Shown here piece by piece: positions 63,208 to 64,000 of a stretch of 64,000 nt of DNA. The translations under genes and the position numbers were made by a program. The notes under the pieces are model-generated. The model saw nothing but the letters and a program-made list of their open reading frames with translations, made no database searches and was not told the origin of the DNA. Origin of the DNA: Pavona decussata (taxonomy: Eukaryota); assembly GCA_977016875.1 (NCBI GenBank), contig CDRNST010000066.1, forward strand, positions 1,364,001 through 1,428,000, written 5' to 3'. Position 1 is the first letter of the stretch. Each line of letters opens with the position of its first letter.

Positions 63208-63457
63208 GCCAGTGTGCGAGCCAGCGAACCAAACGTGCGAGCCATGCAAGCCATGTGAGACAGACGTGCCAGGCATGAATAAAACATACGAGGCATCCAA
63301 GGCATGAACAACCCCCAACATAAATGTTAACTGTTAAGCTAACCAGGGAGCTATTTAAGCTAACCTGAGTGCTATTTAGGCTAACCGGAGTGGTGTTTTT
63401 TTACGCTAACCTGAGTGCCTCACACGTCTGCCTAGCATGGCTCGCACGCTCACTGGC
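63208..63457. mobile_element. Small inverted-repeat element with internal gctaacc tandem repeats
   Basis: ccagtg..gtgcgagccatgc..cagacgtg pairs with cacgtctg..gcatggctcgcac..cactgg. Four gctaacc units lie inside. Confidence 0.55.
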
Positions 63458-64000
63458 TTGCAGATTGTCAAGACCCATCAAAATAATATCTTCCTCATTA
63501 TTATTATAATATAAAATGATATCTTTTCAATAATTCGTTGCTGCGTCACTTGCCTGGTGAACTTTGCAAAGAGGCATGATTGTTGATGAAATTCACATAA
63601 TCATCCTGATTTGCTAACTTGTAAAAAAAAGTTTCTTTGGGTCAGCCCACAGTAATCATACACATTGCATATCAAAATTTCAAACAATAGATACCTTGGT
63701 TAAAATAAAGCACGTGAATTGAACAATATAGTTTATGACAATATGTCGAATGTATATTTACCCAATGGCACTTTCTTTGGATCTTTCGCCACTGCAAGAT
63801 ACAATAATTACATTACTCCAATACCATTGATTATGCAAGTGCCAATTATGAAGTAATGCGTATTAATAAATTTATTTATTATCATTCATTAGTATTGGGC
63901 AATTCCAGAAAATATCCATATCCAAGAATGCACGGCTTCCATGCTTCAACCCCCCGCTGCCTTCGGAAATTCCAAAATGCGTTACCCGCCCTCTCCCCCA

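Overview
AT-rich eukaryotic DNA with GT-AG introns, made almost entirely of nested, mostly decayed transposable elements. The element mix suggests a marine invertebrate, probably a stony coral (inference). Main elements, left to right: (1) a patchwork of LINE, DIRS/Ngaro and MITE fragments at 1-12 kb. (2) An 11.5-kb Sola3-like DNA transposon with ~700-bp TIRs and a TTAA TSD (12050-23516), hit by two CR1/L2 LINEs. (3) A protein-kinase pseudogene. (4) A Tc1-type element (~27912-30286) carrying a convergent HUH-endonuclease + SF3-helicase (Rep/NS1-like) gene and an iteron-like repeat array, flanked by twin MITEs. (5) A BEL/Pao remnant. (6) An IS630/Tc1 element with a paired-like transposase and a convergent PB1 + zinc-knuckle gene (37240-40066). 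(7) A G2E3-like HECT ligase pseudogene split by a Gypsy element. (8) A 13-kb EnSpm/CACTA element (49190-62232) with a spliced transposase, a divergent five-exon BEN-domain gene and palindromic AAGTATACTT subterminal arrays; it sits inside an 8-bp-TSD MITE and hosts a Kolobok element. The best candidate for an undescribed system is the Tc1 transposase + rolling-circle Rep hybrid. I found no RNA genes or CRISPR arrays. All family assignments come from recognising motifs by eye, not from database searches.
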